Origin: Amoebophrya sp. A120
Lineage: Eukaryota; Protista; Dinoflagellata
DNA length: 64,000 nt
NCBI GenBank assembly: GCA_905178155.1
Contig: CAJINV010000002.1
Span: 11,874,729 to 11,938,728 of the forward strand
Reading direction: 5' to 3'
Numbering within the stretch: position 1 is the stretch's first letter; each line of letters begins with the position of its first letter. Position numbers and translations under genes: made by a program. The notes under the pieces were generated by a model. That model was not told the origin of the DNA, did no database searches, and worked only from the letters and a program-made list of their open reading frames with translations. Positions 25,801 to 38,676 of this stretch are shown here, piece by piece.

Positions 25801-27059
25801 GGGCGACGGACAGGAGGCCGACGGCTTTGCGTAGGAAGGGGCGCGCGCGCGCCGGACGGACCTCCGCGCCCGCGTGCCCGCGCGCGCTTCCGGTCGCATG
25901 TTCGCAGGATCGTGCGCGCGCTCGCAGACCACGCCCCTCGCGCGCCCGCGCGCACTCCCCAGAACGCAGGAGCAACGGGCGTGCCCGCGTGCGATGGGCA
26001 TGCGCGCGTGCGCAAGGTCGCAGCTTCGCGCGCCTCGCGATTTTTATCGCAGGATCGCGCGCGCGCAGGCAAGGTTTGGTCGGGCCCGCGCTTGCGCTCT
26101 TTCAAATTTTACTGTGCGAGGAACCGGCCATGATCATGAATCAAAGTTAAGTGAACGCCTCGGCTTGACGGCCGAAGGGTCTTGATGATGGACTGCAGGA
26201 CCGCGCAGAGAAACGACATTTTGCAAAAGATGAAAAGGCATCGTACTTTTCGCAAAAGATGAAACTTCCCCAGCAAAGATTCATTTCTGTCACAAGTTGC
26301 GGGAGCAGATTAGTCGCTTTGTCGCGATCAAGCCTCCAGTGAGTGTATGTTGTTCGCCCCTGCGTTTTCAGTGTCTCAACAGGCGCCGTGTAGTCGTGAC
26401 TCATACCGGAGCAATCGTAGCGGAAGCCAGACATCAACGTCGTATCAATAAATCTGACGCGGAGGGCCCAGGCAAGATGACACAATGGATCCATGTTGCA
26501 CAGCAACCAAATAGAAAATAACGTCGTGAGATGATCGATCTTTAGGAAGATCCGAATGCAAAAGGCAAGCTGCAAATGCACTACAAGAAAATTGCGATCA
26601 GGATAGAGTCACGGAAGTAAAAAAAGGGAACAGCTCTCCGTGCGAAGATCCCGAACAAAATCAAACCGCACCAGAACGTGGGTGCTGACGCGAAGATCAA
26701 GAACAACGCTACAGCGATTCAAATTCAGAAATTGGTTCACGCCTCTTTCAGTTCAGGTTCGACACTGTACGTTTTCCCTACTACTTGATAGATACGGTGG
26801 TCTCTCAGTGTGAATGCTCCCGGTCTGTGTAGTTTCGTAGAACCACGGACGCTCTACTTCGACTTACGAAAACCGTCCGTTTAAACTTGTTTGGATGTCA
26901 TCGACATCACATGGCTTTCGCTTGCCGTCGCCATCGCAAGCGAACATTTATTTCTGTGTGGGCTCTTGTGTTTGTTGACCATACCTAATGAAGGTGTTGT
27001 GACCACGTCCTTTATCTTATCCTGTAATACTCGCCACGATTACGACACCAAAACACATC

Positions 27060-28946
27060 ATGGACACAAAGGATCTGCAGGCCACCAGCAGCCCGGACGG
27101 CTTGATGGAATCCCTGCCCCTACACCGTCGCCACGAACAAGGTGCTGCAAACTCTGCGGCGGCTGGAGAAAAATCTTGCTGGCTTTCCGTAATCCTAGAA
27201 GACAAGGGAACTACACCATCTCGCGGCGTGCAGCTTGGGGGAGAAAGCTGCGAAGGCGAAAGGGAAACAATAGCTCTCCAGGTACTGAAATGGACGAGCA
27301 CAGATCCGGTTGTCGATGCAACTCCTTCTGCACGACAGATTAGCTGCAACTCGACTACCTCACCCTGCAGGAAGCGCACCATGCTCAACGAGCGGTCTTC
27401 GTCGTCGACGAGGAGGTTACCGGAGGCCTGCTCTGCTGGCGGCAGTTGTGCTGGGACATCTGCGCGTGGGGACGAGTTCTCCGCTGTTGGTACACTTGAC
27501 GACATGACGACGCAGACCGTTGATCAAATGAGCGGACTCGGCGTGTGGGAGTGCAGTGTCGACTTGGCGAACTACTTGCTGGATAAGAAGCTTGTTGCTG
27601 CGAGTGGTTCATGCGCCTTTGTTCCAAGAAGGATAAACAACTACGCCGTCCTCGAGCTTGGTTGCGGACATGCATTGCCCACTATGGCCCTGCTACATCA
27701 GTTTGAGAGTAGCAGCAGGGCGGAGAACAGGACGTCACCAGTTGGGTGCACCGGGGGAAAGGCTCCTGAACCGTCGTTATCCACCGAAACAAGGAGCTTG
27801 CAGCAGGGAACAAGCTCAATGGAGTGCTTTCTCCATGACTACGACCGTAGAACGCTCGAAGAGGTGACGAAAAGAAATCTGCTGAGAAACGCCGAAGCTC
27901 TTGGATTGTTCAGGAAGTCCGAGCAGGGATCCGAGTCCTGTGCACTGAGACCTGCCACGCCCAAGATTCGGTTTCTAGCCGGAGATTGGAGCACGCTCTC
28001 GGCGAACGAAATTTTACAGGTGGTACAAGAAGGACGCACAGCAGGCCAGGAACGAAAATTATTCAAATTTGAGCCACACGGCAGGAAGGCGGTGTTGGAA
28101 GAGTGGGGCCCCGTGCGAGCACTGCGTGCGGTATATGGATCGCGGGAGAGCGGACAAAAACAAGAAGCGGCAGATCGAGAGGAGGAAATTTTGCAGCAAA
28201 AATCATTGCGAGATGAGACCGAGACATCCGAATCTTTTGACAGCGGCTTTGGCGCGCACTCCTCGGAAGAAGGAGAGGAACCCGATGGGGATGCGGCTGG
28301 GTCATCAGGCGTCGATGCAGCAGGTGCCATTCCGCAACAATCCGGCGAAGCTGACCATCAAAAGGCAGATGGCAGTAATGAAGACAGTGCTGAGTTGGAA
28401 GGAGAAGAAGGGTCTGACTCTGACTCACAGGAGAAGAGCCTCGATTCCGAAGAGCAATCTGATTCACAGGACGATGACGACAGTGCGGATGAAGATCCAC
28501 CGCTGGAATTGTTTTTTGACGAGCAAGAGGATCCTACCGGCCATAATCTGAAGCAGTTCGACCTCATCTTGTGTTCCGAGGGAATTTACAAGGAAGAATC
28601 CTTTCAGGCACTATTTGACGTACTCGAGAATCACTTGAAACTGGACGACTCTACTGAGCCTGCTTCCTTGGTCGGCGCGGCCCCTTCAACGACCCACTCT
28701 TCAGACGGCCAAGAAAACCTCCCGCGTTCTGTGGCACTTTTTTCTGGCAAGCGCTACTACTTTGGTTGCGGCGGCGGCACGCAGGCCTTTCGCACCTTCC
28801 TGCTGCAGAAAAACAAAGAGAAAGAGGCAAAAAAGGCCTGCTCTGGTGGACCATGGCGCTACGAAGTTTCCGTTGTGAAAAAGTTCAAAGACAAGAAGTC
28901 AAATTTACGGGAGATTCTCGCTGTCACGAAGAGAAAGGTTTCGTGA
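27060..28946 (+). CDS. Histidine protein methyltransferase Hpm1/METTL18-like, apparently intronless, with acidic insertions
   Basis: 628-aa ORF with GLGVWECSVDLANYL, VLELGCGHALP, RFLAGDW, FDLILCSEGIY, KRYYFGCGGGT. Confidence 0.85.
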   Translation: MDTKDLQATSSPDGLMESLPLHRRHEQGAANSAAAGEKSCWLSVILEDKGTTPSRGVQLGGESCEGERETIALQVLKWTSTDPVVDATPSARQISCNSTTSPCRKRTMLNERSSSSTRRLPEACSAGGSCAGTSARGDEFSAVGTLDDMTTQTVDQMSGLGVWECSVDLANYLLDKKLVAASGSCAFVPRRINNYAVLELGCGHALPTMALLHQFESSSRAENRTSPVGCTGGKAPEPSLSTETRSLQQGTSSMECFLHDYDRRTLEEVTKRNLLRNAEALGLFRKSEQGSESCALRPATPKIRFLAGDWSTLSANEILQVVQEGRTAGQERKLFKFEPHGRKAVLEEWGPVRALRAVYGSRESGQKQEAADREEEILQQKSLRDETETSESFDSGFGAHSSEEGEEPDGDAAGSSGVDAAGAIPQQSGEADHQKADGSNEDSAELEGEEGSDSDSQEKSLDSEEQSDSQDDDDSADEDPPLELFFDEQEDPTGHNLKQFDLILCSEGIYKEESFQALFDVLENHLKLDDSTEPASLVGAAPSTTHSSDGQENLPRSVALFSGKRYYFGCGGGTQAFRTFLLQKNKEKEAKKACSGGPWRYEVSVVKKFKDKKSNLREILAVTKRKVS

Positions 28947-29860
28947 CGAGCGATTGGAAAACACGGATGCAGCTGGTGGTAGAGCTTTTCTGTTTAGAAA
29001 AACTGCTTTAGCACTTTCTGGATCCTACTCACTCTTCAGCGACAGTGTGATCATTCATCATATTTTCTCAAACGACTTTCTCTGACTATGTGACCGCGAC
29101 AGAAGAAAATCGATTAAGCAGCAGGGCCTGGGAGTTTTTCTGGATAACGCATGTTGGTCAACCGCAACAGCGCGCCAACAAATGAAATAGTACTGAGACC
29201 TGTCATCTCATAGTGTTCCAGCAGCCGACGCTCCCGTACATCATGCCAGTTCCAACGCTGCCTTCTGCACATGCTTTATCCTTCATTGCAGCAGTGCACG
29301 CAAACGATATAGTGCGATGATCCACACGATTTCTGGCGCCATTTTGGCTTGCTCAGCAGCGGGCTGTGAGCATACTAACTAAGTACTTACATGCGGCAGC
29401 GGCAGATCCTTTGTTCGATAGCGTTTTCGCTACCTAAAAACGCGGACGCGCTCAGCATGTGCTTTCAATTGTGCTTGGCTGTTCTCGCAGATCCTCCATT
29501 TTACAGCGAAGATGCTGAACGAAGGATTTTTTTCTTTTCCGGGCTTTTTTTTACTACTTCACTTAGGAATTCCCTTCTGCTCAAAGTCAAAACTGCGTGC
29601 GTGGTACGGGTAAAAGTAAGACTTACATATCAAATTCAGCAGCGACAGAAAGTTGACCAACGCCACAAGGCCAACATCACGGCCCGTTTCTTTTTTTTTT
29701 CGTATTAGCTTAAGTACTTGCTTTTGCGTGCCTGCTAAACTTTTTGTCTTGAGCCGAACTAGTATCGAGCACTCTTATTTGCGATACGTAGCGTTTTCTG
29801 CAGTCTACATCTGCAGCGACACAACAAATTTAAGAACCCGACCATTGAACAACATAAACC

Positions 29861-32605
29861 ATGGAAGCAAATTTCGCAGCTGCAGTAGGCTCGAAGCTGC
29901 GATTGGTACAGCCCCGCACGACTCTCCATGGCGAGCCAGATTCTGGGCGACACATCGTCGCTGGAGCGGAAGGATTTAAGAAAGGGGCGACTGTTTTTGC
30001 GGAAACGGCTCTGGCAAGTGCAAGCTTCGCATCGTCCGAACAGGATTCCATATGCGATTGGGGCACGATAATAGCGCAGAAGAAACACCATTTGGCAGAA
30101 GTGGAAGCGGTTTTGTGTAGAAATGGCGATAGTGAAAACAGTGAGAGCAACAGGTCATCCATTCGCCTTATGTTCCGTCGCTCTGATGGACGTTGCGATT
30201 CGCGGCAAAGGAGCCGTGAGAGTAATCGCGAAGCTCAAGCTTCTGCAAGGAACGGAGTTTCAGGAGAGAGAAGCGAACGCTGGGCCAGCATGCAACTCGA
30301 GAACGAAATCTTTAGCCAGGTCGCGGCAAAGAAGCGAGGGAGCCCGCTTTCGCATTTCCCGTTTGACAGGAGCAGGACAGACGGGGACTCTCGTGGCTGT
30401 ATTTCCTGCGCTTTTTCGCGTTCAAGAACACAAAGAGAAAGTGCGGACGCGGAAACGAGGCCCTTGGGAGAGCCCGAAGGGGGAACTCACGCCGGGTGTT
30501 ATTTCGACTCCGAAGAAGTGCCCGCGTCGGATGAAGGGCTGGAATTTGCTCTCTTTCGGCCTACGGTAGCTGACTTCTTCGCGTGCTGTGTCGACGACAG
30601 CATAGCTAGACGTGCGGCACCGGAAGATGATGACCAATTACCCAAACCACTGAACTCAAACCCGGCAGGCCGCAGAGAACAAGTAGTCGTTGCTGATGCG
30701 AACGATAGCGATGCGCAAAAAGAGCCTTTGAGATATCTCGAACTTCCCACGCCAGCCCGGCTGCGCGCGACAGTGAATGGTGGGAGCGTGGTACCAGAGC
30801 CGAAAGTTTCGCATCCAGTGGGAGACGGTACCAGCGAGGCACAGCTAGGACGCAGCCTCTGGTCGTGGGAACAGGCAGACTTGGACCACCCAAGCGAATT
30901 GCGACGGCAAATTCGTGCCCGGTTCAGCCGCAACAATTTCGCTATTGTGGACGAGGATTTTTCTCCCGTCGGGGCAGCGGTTCTCCCTCACGTCGCTATG
31001 CTAAACCACAGCTGCGACCCCAACGTCGTGCTACGGTACTTTCTTATGCATATGGATGAAATGGATACCGGTACTATGCGTGTGAACTTGGTTGAAGATG
31101 ACGTGAGTTGCCCCCCACATCACGGCCGGCGCACCAAAAAACCGAAGATTTTGTGCGTTTTGGTCGCGCTGCGGGACATTGCGCCGCACGAGGAGATTTG
31201 CCACTCCTACGTAGACATTGGTCAATGCGTACGGGAAAGGCGCCAACAGTTGAGAAGCCAGTTTGGGTTTGCTTGTAACTGCAACCGTTGCAAACGCGAC
31301 CTGCGTGGCGAGAAGCACCTCGTGATGCATTTTTGTGCAGAAGGACAAGGAGAAGGGCAAGTGCGTGGATCCTCCTGTGCCGGAGTATCAACAAGCTCGT
31401 GGCCGAAAAATTCATTTCCCCATTTGCAGCCACACTTCCACCTACCGGGGCAGACGTACTCCCAAAGTAGTAATCCAGATCATGCGAAAGCGAAAGGTAC
31501 AGGTAGAAGAAATCTTCGGCTCGCGGAGAAGTCGCGGCGCACAATGTGGCTGATGCCAGGAGAGAAAATGCGTGCAGCGATGAAAAGCAGTACGCAGATC
31601 ATCGGGAGTGTGGATTTTGTGCCCGATAAGATTCTCTTCTGCGGGCCTGTAGTGCTCGACGACTTACAATACTTGGCTGTTCGCGAAGAGGACTTTGTTC
31701 GCGCCGGAAAGACACCGACAACCTCTCTCGGCTGCTCGACCGCTGCGTATCCGGATGCCGATGCGCTGCTTCAGGCCGCGGCTCGACTCGGCTCCAAGTG
31801 TGATTTTCTGACGCTTCTAGAGTGGGCGGGAAACGCAGAGCATCCCTACTGGGTGTTCAAGGAGCGAATGTGTGTTTTGGAGGCCGACGATGCGGATGAA
31901 GCGGATTGCGGCGAAGGTTCGTCTTTACTGGACCTGCTCGACTCTATCATGGAGATGTGCAGTGCGCACTTAGTAGAGCAAGGTGGGACGTCGAACGCAG
32001 CTGCGACATCTGAGGGTGGCGCTTTGACTTCCGTGAAGACGTCACTTCCACCAGCACTTTTCCGTGCTTGTTTGGTCTCCAAAGCCTGCGTGAGCTTGCT
32101 GCTCGACGAATACGCAACTCGTGCCCCGGGATGGCACTTTGCGAAGTTTGTGGAGGGATTTCTGGCTCAGATGGAGCTACTACAGGACCTTCCCCCGGGT
32201 GAAGAAGATTCGATCAGGGGTTTTTATGAGAGACTGGTTCGCGAACTGTTTGCTGCCTTTACGGTGAACCAGTGTTGCTTGCGACCCGAAATCCTGGCGC
32301 ACGAAGGCCTCCAGCAGGTTGTGCAACAGGAATTGGCCGAATTGGAGCGCAGTTTTTTGAGAAGAAAGGTTGTGGTGCATGGGAGGCAGGGCGCCCCCAC
32401 GAGGGATGAAAAAAATCTGAAATACTGTCAGCGGGGAACCGAGGCAAGTTCGAACAGTCCTGACCTATTGACCAACGACCTTGCAGGGGATCTGGCGCTG
32501 CAGCACAGCCTTTTTCTGGTCCAGCAGCTGGAGCGCAAATACCCGGCGGGGCACCCCGTGCAGAGGCTGGCGAGGTGCCGGATGCTTGCGATCGGCGAGG
32601 GATAA
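29861..32605 (+). CDS. SET-domain (SMYD-like) lysine methyltransferase, apparently intronless
   Basis: 914-aa ORF with split SET: GRHIVA...KGATVFAE, AMLNHSCDPN, ALRDIAPHEEICHSYVD, post-SET FACNCNRC. Confidence 0.85.
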   Translation: MEANFAAAVGSKLRLVQPRTTLHGEPDSGRHIVAGAEGFKKGATVFAETALASASFASSEQDSICDWGTIIAQKKHHLAEVEAVLCRNGDSENSESNRSSIRLMFRRSDGRCDSRQRSRESNREAQASARNGVSGERSERWASMQLENEIFSQVAAKKRGSPLSHFPFDRSRTDGDSRGCISCAFSRSRTQRESADAETRPLGEPEGGTHAGCYFDSEEVPASDEGLEFALFRPTVADFFACCVDDSIARRAAPEDDDQLPKPLNSNPAGRREQVVVADANDSDAQKEPLRYLELPTPARLRATVNGGSVVPEPKVSHPVGDGTSEAQLGRSLWSWEQADLDHPSELRRQIRARFSRNNFAIVDEDFSPVGAAVLPHVAMLNHSCDPNVVLRYFLMHMDEMDTGTMRVNLVEDDVSCPPHHGRRTKKPKILCVLVALRDIAPHEEICHSYVDIGQCVRERRQQLRSQFGFACNCNRCKRDLRGEKHLVMHFCAEGQGEGQVRGSSCAGVSTSSWPKNSFPHLQPHFHLPGQTYSQSSNPDHAKAKGTGRRNLRLAEKSRRTMWLMPGEKMRAAMKSSTQIIGSVDFVPDKILFCGPVVLDDLQYLAVREEDFVRAGKTPTTSLGCSTAAYPDADALLQAAARLGSKCDFLTLLEWAGNAEHPYWVFKERMCVLEADDADEADCGEGSSLLDLLDSIMEMCSAHLVEQGGTSNAAATSEGGALTSVKTSLPPALFRACLVSKACVSLLLDEYATRAPGWHFAKFVEGFLAQMELLQDLPPGEEDSIRGFYERLVRELFAAFTVNQCCLRPEILAHEGLQQVVQQELAELERSFLRRKVVVHGRQGAPTRDEKNLKYCQRGTEASSNSPDLLTNDLAGDLALQHSLFLVQQLERKYPAGHPVQRLARCRMLAIGEG

Positions 32606-33923
32606 GATAGCTGCTGAAAAAGAAATTCAAACGTGATTTGACGGAAGGACGAAGCCTTTTAAGTTTCCTACGAGGGTGAGGACGGACCCAAGGCCAATGC
32701 AAATGCTAACTCATTCGCAACGTCGCGGTCGCTCGCGTTGTCCTTGCGTCAGACAGCCCAGAACTGTAGCATGTCTTGCTGCATTTTCCGTGCCAGATAC
32801 GTACACGTTTTGGGCTGTAAGGGTAGGGCGGTTGAATTCAAATTAATAAGAAGTCTAGATAGTATGTTACATAGTAATGAGATCGCGCCATGTCTGTATG
32901 TTTCACTTTTATCTTCTGGGCGTGCAACGAGAACAATGACAATCTTTGCGCTTCCGATTTTTGTTGTCAAAATAAGCCATTCCCATTTTCGAAAAAAGTG
33001 AAACTAAGCAACAAAATATAACATAGATTGGTAAGAATAAGAGAAGAAAATCAAAGCGTCACAATGCTGGCCACGGTGCCGTTGCCTTCGTTGTGTCCGC
33101 ACCGTCTGAATAAGGCTGAGCATGAGTCTGCAATCGGGTGTCGTAGGGTCGCAGTCCTCATGTTCCGTGTCAGGAGGTGGGTCATGTTCACCGTGAAATT
33201 TCCCGTCACTACCATCAAAATTCTCTGTACCATGCTGCACTTTGATGTCGAGGCACCTGCTCTTCTTGTTTTCTTGCCGTCAGCGCGCTTTTTGGTTTGT
33301 CATGTCAGTTTCATTCCGCTTCTTTGTGTTTTCTGATCTAGTTGTTGCTCCTCAGACTTTCTGCTATGCAGGAAATACGCTGAAGATTTCCACTTGTAGT
33401 AGAGTCCACGTGCGCGACAGCTAATTTGGAGATCGAATAATCTGATCCATTGTCTCGGTCCATCTTGTTGGTCGTGTCGTTTTTTATTTTTGTTTTACTC
33501 GAACTTCGTTCGTCATCGTCTCGTCTCAGTCGGGGTATCAAGGTTGCTTTCCAATAAATCGCCCTCGGAACCTGGGAGCAAGAGCATCTTTTTGCTCCGT
33601 TGAGGAATACTTTACTTACATATTCGTCTTCAAAAATCCAAATGGTTTTCTTGGGTACAGAGTACTGTGGTGGGTCTTCAAGGCCTGTTGTCTTCGGCAG
33701 GTTGCTCGATTTTCCCACTGCTGCTTCCGTAGACTGTGACGTTTCTGCTGCAGACGCGGCAACATCACTGGACGAAGTGAGACCAAGGATGCCCCGGAAA
33801 TGGAAAAGCCACTGCGTACTGAATAAAGGTGGATCCCTGGCTAGAAATGCGGCTTCAGCCGACCCAGCGGTGGTTTTTACGTGCACGAATCAATGTGGAA
33901 GGTCATCAAAACCATCAAATACA

Positions 33924-36120
33924 ATGCGGCGAAAAGGGCATGCAGAAGCATCGAGAAACGGGGCTATGAAAGAAACAGGTCGGCGCCAACGCAGATCATG
34001 GAAACGAGTTCTAACACGGACCGCAGCCGGCGCGGCCACTGCCTTTCTTGGAGCTGCCACTATTCTGCATGGAGGCCTATCCGGGGTTTCCGCTGCCAAC
34101 CCGCAGTGCTTGACCGCCGATGCAATGATCGGGGGCATGCGACACTATCTGGTCGACTGGGACCAGCAGTTGCTGCACGGGGCCAACAAAACTTGGACTT
34201 GCGAAGACTTCGCGCAGTTTCTGTACCGTCATATTCAAAACTTTCATTTACTTGTTCATGGTTCACATTGTGTTTGTCACCACATGCATGACGATAAATC
34301 ATCCTAGAACAAAACACGCAAAGCGTCCTTGTACTTACTTACAAAGAAATAGCGAGAGCCGTGACGACGTCATCCTCAGGCACAGCAACAATCTACACCG
34401 ACCTGCAGGTACAATTCGCGTGACCGCATCCAGCAGGAGCTTTTCTACACCTATTCCAACATGACCACCGTTCCCACGCCGAAGTCCGTTGCGAAGGACG
34501 GCGGGGAAGGCGGCGGCGAACAAGACGAGGTGGTGTCCGTCTCGGACGCAGAACTTCCGGAGGGGTTTGGAGATTTGCCTTGGATTTTGTCGCACGTGAA
34601 CAAGGCGGCGTCGCTGGTGTCGGCCTCGGTCCACGTGAACTCGGGGCTGGGCGTGATCCGGCAGGAGTGCTTCGTGGAGCCCGCGGTGCACCTGCTGTTC
34701 TTTGTCAGCCTGCGCCGGGTGCATCAGCTGATGCTGAACCAGCTCAAGTATTTGTGGTACCTGATGCAAAACACCCCGGAGATGTACCGCGGAGCCGCCA
34801 CGCAGTGGATCATGGAGGCGTCCCAGGTGTTCCGCGGCGATCTGGACACGACGGAAAGCATCTTCGAGGGCTGGAACCCGCCGAACTCCACCATCAGCGA
34901 CGAAAACCCGCTCACGTATGAAAAGCACGAGAAACCAAAGGTAAAATAGGAAACTGCTACGTGCTTCTCGAGATTTATTCCTCGCACTCATTTCGGCCTG
35001 CCTTCGTGCTCTCAGGCAGATCTGGGTCGCGGAAGTCGATACTCGTCCGCGACGGAGCGTGGATCACATACATTCCCTACCTGTTTGTGCTTTTCTGCGT
35101 ACGGTCAAGGATGTTCATCTTCTTGTGTGTGCTACGAGAAATACTTTTCCTATACAGGTTTTCTCTATCGTCGAGCTGCTGCGACGACAAACGTTTAAGG
35201 AGACGGACTTTGACCGGGAGCTCGTGCGGGCCACCATGCGGCACGTGTTCAGCAAGAACGACATCATTCTGGAGCTCGGGGCGGGCACGGGCGACCTGAG
35301 TCGGTGGCTGAACGAGACCGGGTGGGTACAGAGCCACGCTTACGACTACAGCAGCGACATTGAGCTCATCACCTTCAACAACGTGCATCAATTACGGGCC
35401 GACAACTACCCACCGCGGTTAGGAGACGGAGACATCCCCTACGACTGGATTCTCTGCCTCTCCGAACAATGCCCCATGATGCTGGAACCCATCCAGGCGA
35501 AGTTCTCGAACGTAAGCACGTTTATTTTTGAATAAAGCGAAACGGCATCTGGAGAAACGGCATCTGGATCTGATTTCAGAATTCGCTTAGCTTGTCGACA
35601 AATGTTGTGTTTTTTCTCCGTGAGATGGAGCTGAGGAAGACAACTGTTCCTCTTTCCGTCTGCGTTGCTTGTTAGTTAGTTTCGGTTCGGCAGCATCAAA
35701 AGCAATCCTTTCTGGCACGCACGCATGTTTGGACTCATTTTCCTTTGTATGTATGAAACGAAAACAACCTATACCGTTACTCCAGTTGCGCGACTACACG
35801 CACAAGGGTGTGATACTGCAGAAAGACGTCCTGGGGGTCAGCGACATCTCGCCGGCTTTGGTAGACGCGAATAGCGAGGCGTACGTGGATATCCTAGGTG
35901 GAATCACTGCCATCACCTGCGATTTGTCACGCTGCGGACACGACAACGTCTAAATCCAATGAATGCAAGCCAAAGTCTCTGAGATGGGAAGGGAAAGCAT
36001 GCAATTTAGACGTGTTCATCTTGGCATCGCAAATTGAAGGTGATGTTGGTGATTTTGCACAGGATAGCCGAAAAAGGCCTGGCGGAAAGATACGCGGTGT
36101 TGGTGCACGCTGCGGCGTAG
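33924..36120 (+). CDS. Signal-anchored/secretory protein with C-terminal class I SAM-dependent methyltransferase-like domain
   Basis: Phase-consistent GT-AG exons 33924-34222, 34409-34940, 35158-35511, 35786-35880, 36063-36120; hydrophobic N-terminal segment AAGAATAFLGAATILHGGL; motif I ILELGAGTGDLSRWL. Confidence 0.7.
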
Positions 36121-36941
36121 CCACGGGCGTCTGAATCCTGGAAAGCGCAATCATCACGGCGAGAACAAAAAGGTAGAAACGTCCGATGATTGCTTTACAG
36201 CATGGACGTGTTTTCGCGATTACAAAAAGGAACAAAACCTTGACAAAGTCGTACATTCAGTTCTTGATCGCCCTAGACAAAAGTGTTTGCTGAAACTGAT
36301 ATGTACTTCGGCTCCTCGTCGTCAGACCGAAGAAGTGCAGCGAAATGTTTCTGATGGAAACAGTCCTGGGCCTCGGCGGTGTAATGAATAATGCCAGCAT
36401 AGGCAGTGTTTTTGTTCATGTTCTAAGTAGCAATTCGTTACTCTGGACTGCTCAGTTCTGCTTTTGCCCAACGATCAACTTTGGTACTATAGAAGCGTCC
36501 GGCTTTACTCGATCTGGACAATGACAATCTGCTCGTGTTTCCTTTCTCGTAAGTTGGTTTTTGAACACGAACCCGATCCGTTATTTTTCGTACAGACGAT
36601 CGCTCGATCCTCACGCTGAGCCCGATCCACTTTTTTTCGCATTGGCCATAAGTTTTTCTTCTATCGCCTATCACGGCAATATCGTCTTTGCTAACTTGGT
36701 CTGCTTCTGCATTCTCGGACGCGAAGTCAGAGTTATGCGAGACGAGAGTGCAGCGGAGCAGTTTCGATACTTGCTAAGTAGCAATTGCATGCAAGTCTGA
36801 TTCTAATGTCAATCGCGTGGTGAGTATGATGGTGGCGAAGCACGCACGAAAGAGCTCTTTGATGCGTATGACGCTACCTCGAAGTGGTCGCACACACGAC
36901 CGACGCTGACAGGCGCTTCGAAACCCCCGGCAACAAGGAGC

Positions 36942-38676
36942 ATGGACAACTTGGTGCGGCGGTTCGATTGGTACCGGCGGGTGCCGAAGGACCTCACGGA
37001 AAGCAGTGTGCACGGTGCTGTTGTATCGATTTTAACTATCACTGTGGCACTCTACCTGTTTCTGTCCAACTTGTCTGAGTTTCTGACGGTCCAAACCAGA
37101 TCGGAGATGTTCGTGGACGACTTTCACCAGAATATCGAGGATTCAAGCCGGAACAAGCTCAGGATAAACCTGGACATCAAATTTCCCCGCGTGCCCTGCG
37201 CAGCGCTCGCCCTGGACGCACAGGACGTCATGGGCTCGCACGAGCTGTCCACTGGCGGACTGCTCTTCAAGCTGCAGCTCGGTCGCGACGGAAATACGGT
37301 TCTGAATCGGGAAGAGGTGCACGGAAACCACATGACCGAGTCCAAATTTCACGGCCTCTCTCGCCACAATTGGAACATACTGCATCAACACGACAAAGAT
37401 CACGTACCACATTTACTTACATCATATCTTGCATTGCGTTTCCAAACTTGGCGAGTAGCGTTGGCCCGTATCGACATGACGTTTGTTTTGCTGCATGTAA
37501 AAAAGTTGGATTTCTCAAATCTTCTGACCTATCAGATAAAGGAGGAGCTTCTTGCCCAGGAAGGGTGTCGCCTGCAGGGATCTCTGGAAGTCAATCGCGT
37601 CCCAGGAAATATCCACATATCGACCCACTACCTCGGCGGCTTTCCAACGCTTTCGTATATATTCTGCATTTCCGTGATTTTAATTTCTCCCGTTCTCTTG
37701 AAGCTGTTTGTTTGTAAGTTTTCGTTAGTGCAGACACAGACCTCGTTCTGTTCTTCCTGGTTCATTCTTTACCGTTGTTTTCTCTGAAAACGCACAACAA
37801 AATATCAGCCTCGACGATGACGGCATGTTTGGGCGGGGTCCTAGTTTCGGCTCGTCGTCGAACAAACAGAAGGGCGGTAAGGAAAACGACGTCCGTTGGG
37901 AGGACCTGTCGACGGAGCAAAAGTACCAGAGGCTGCAGAATCTGGACTTGGAACACGAGATCCTACACCTTTCCTTCGGCGACGATCGCGACCTGCAGTG
38001 GGTCGTCGACAATTTTCAGAACGCTGGGATCCTGTCTCCGCTCGACGGAGTGAAGCAGACCTGCGAGCGGAAAAAGTACGACCCGAATTCCTACCACGGC
38101 GGCCTCTTTAACTTGCCCGGACTGGACGGGCCATCCTTGTTCAACAGCGACCAAACCGCGAAACTGCACGACCCGGGAGCGGCCAAGGTCCCCTCTGGAT
38201 CGACGTCCGTGTCGGGAAATAAGAACGGAGAAGGAAGTTCCTCCTCTAGTACGATCGACCTGGTGAACACCGTCGCGCAACCGACAATCTTCGAGTACTA
38301 CTGCAATGTAGTCCCCACCCGCTACGAAAAGCTGGGCGCCAGCAGCAGGAACGGAAATCGGGGAGGAGGTTCTTCTTATGGAGCGGCGAGTGGGAGTGAT
38401 GGGCCGCAAGATGACACAAGGCGGCGTGACGTCTACCAATTCACGTCAAATCAGAACGAGCTGAAAAACACGCACGCGCCCGGGATTTACATCCGTTACG
38501 GCATCGCGCCGGTCGCCGTCAAGTTCGTGGAGCATCGAATCGCGTTCTTTACCTTCTTCGTGCAGACCCTGGCCATCCTGGGAGGCCTCTTCACTGTCGC
38601 TGGACTCGTCGAGTCCGTGTTGCACACAGGGTTGCAGTCGGTGCAAAGAAAGTTTGAACTGGGAAAGTTGACCTGA
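36942..38676 (+). CDS. ER-Golgi intermediate compartment protein (ERGIC3/Erv46 family)
   Basis: RRFDWYRRVPKDL, N-terminal TM, LRINLDIKFPRVPC, EGCRLQGSLEVNRVPGNIHIS, YYCNVVPTRYE, PGIYIRYGIAPVAV, C-terminal TM ILGGLFTVAGLVES and ELGKLT end; exons ~36942-37403, 37536-37654, 37809-38676. Confidence 0.9.

Noticed and set aside
35540-35568. 15-bp tandem duplication AAACGGCATCTGGAG in an intron
   Set aside because: Ordinary slippage duplication with no associated element.
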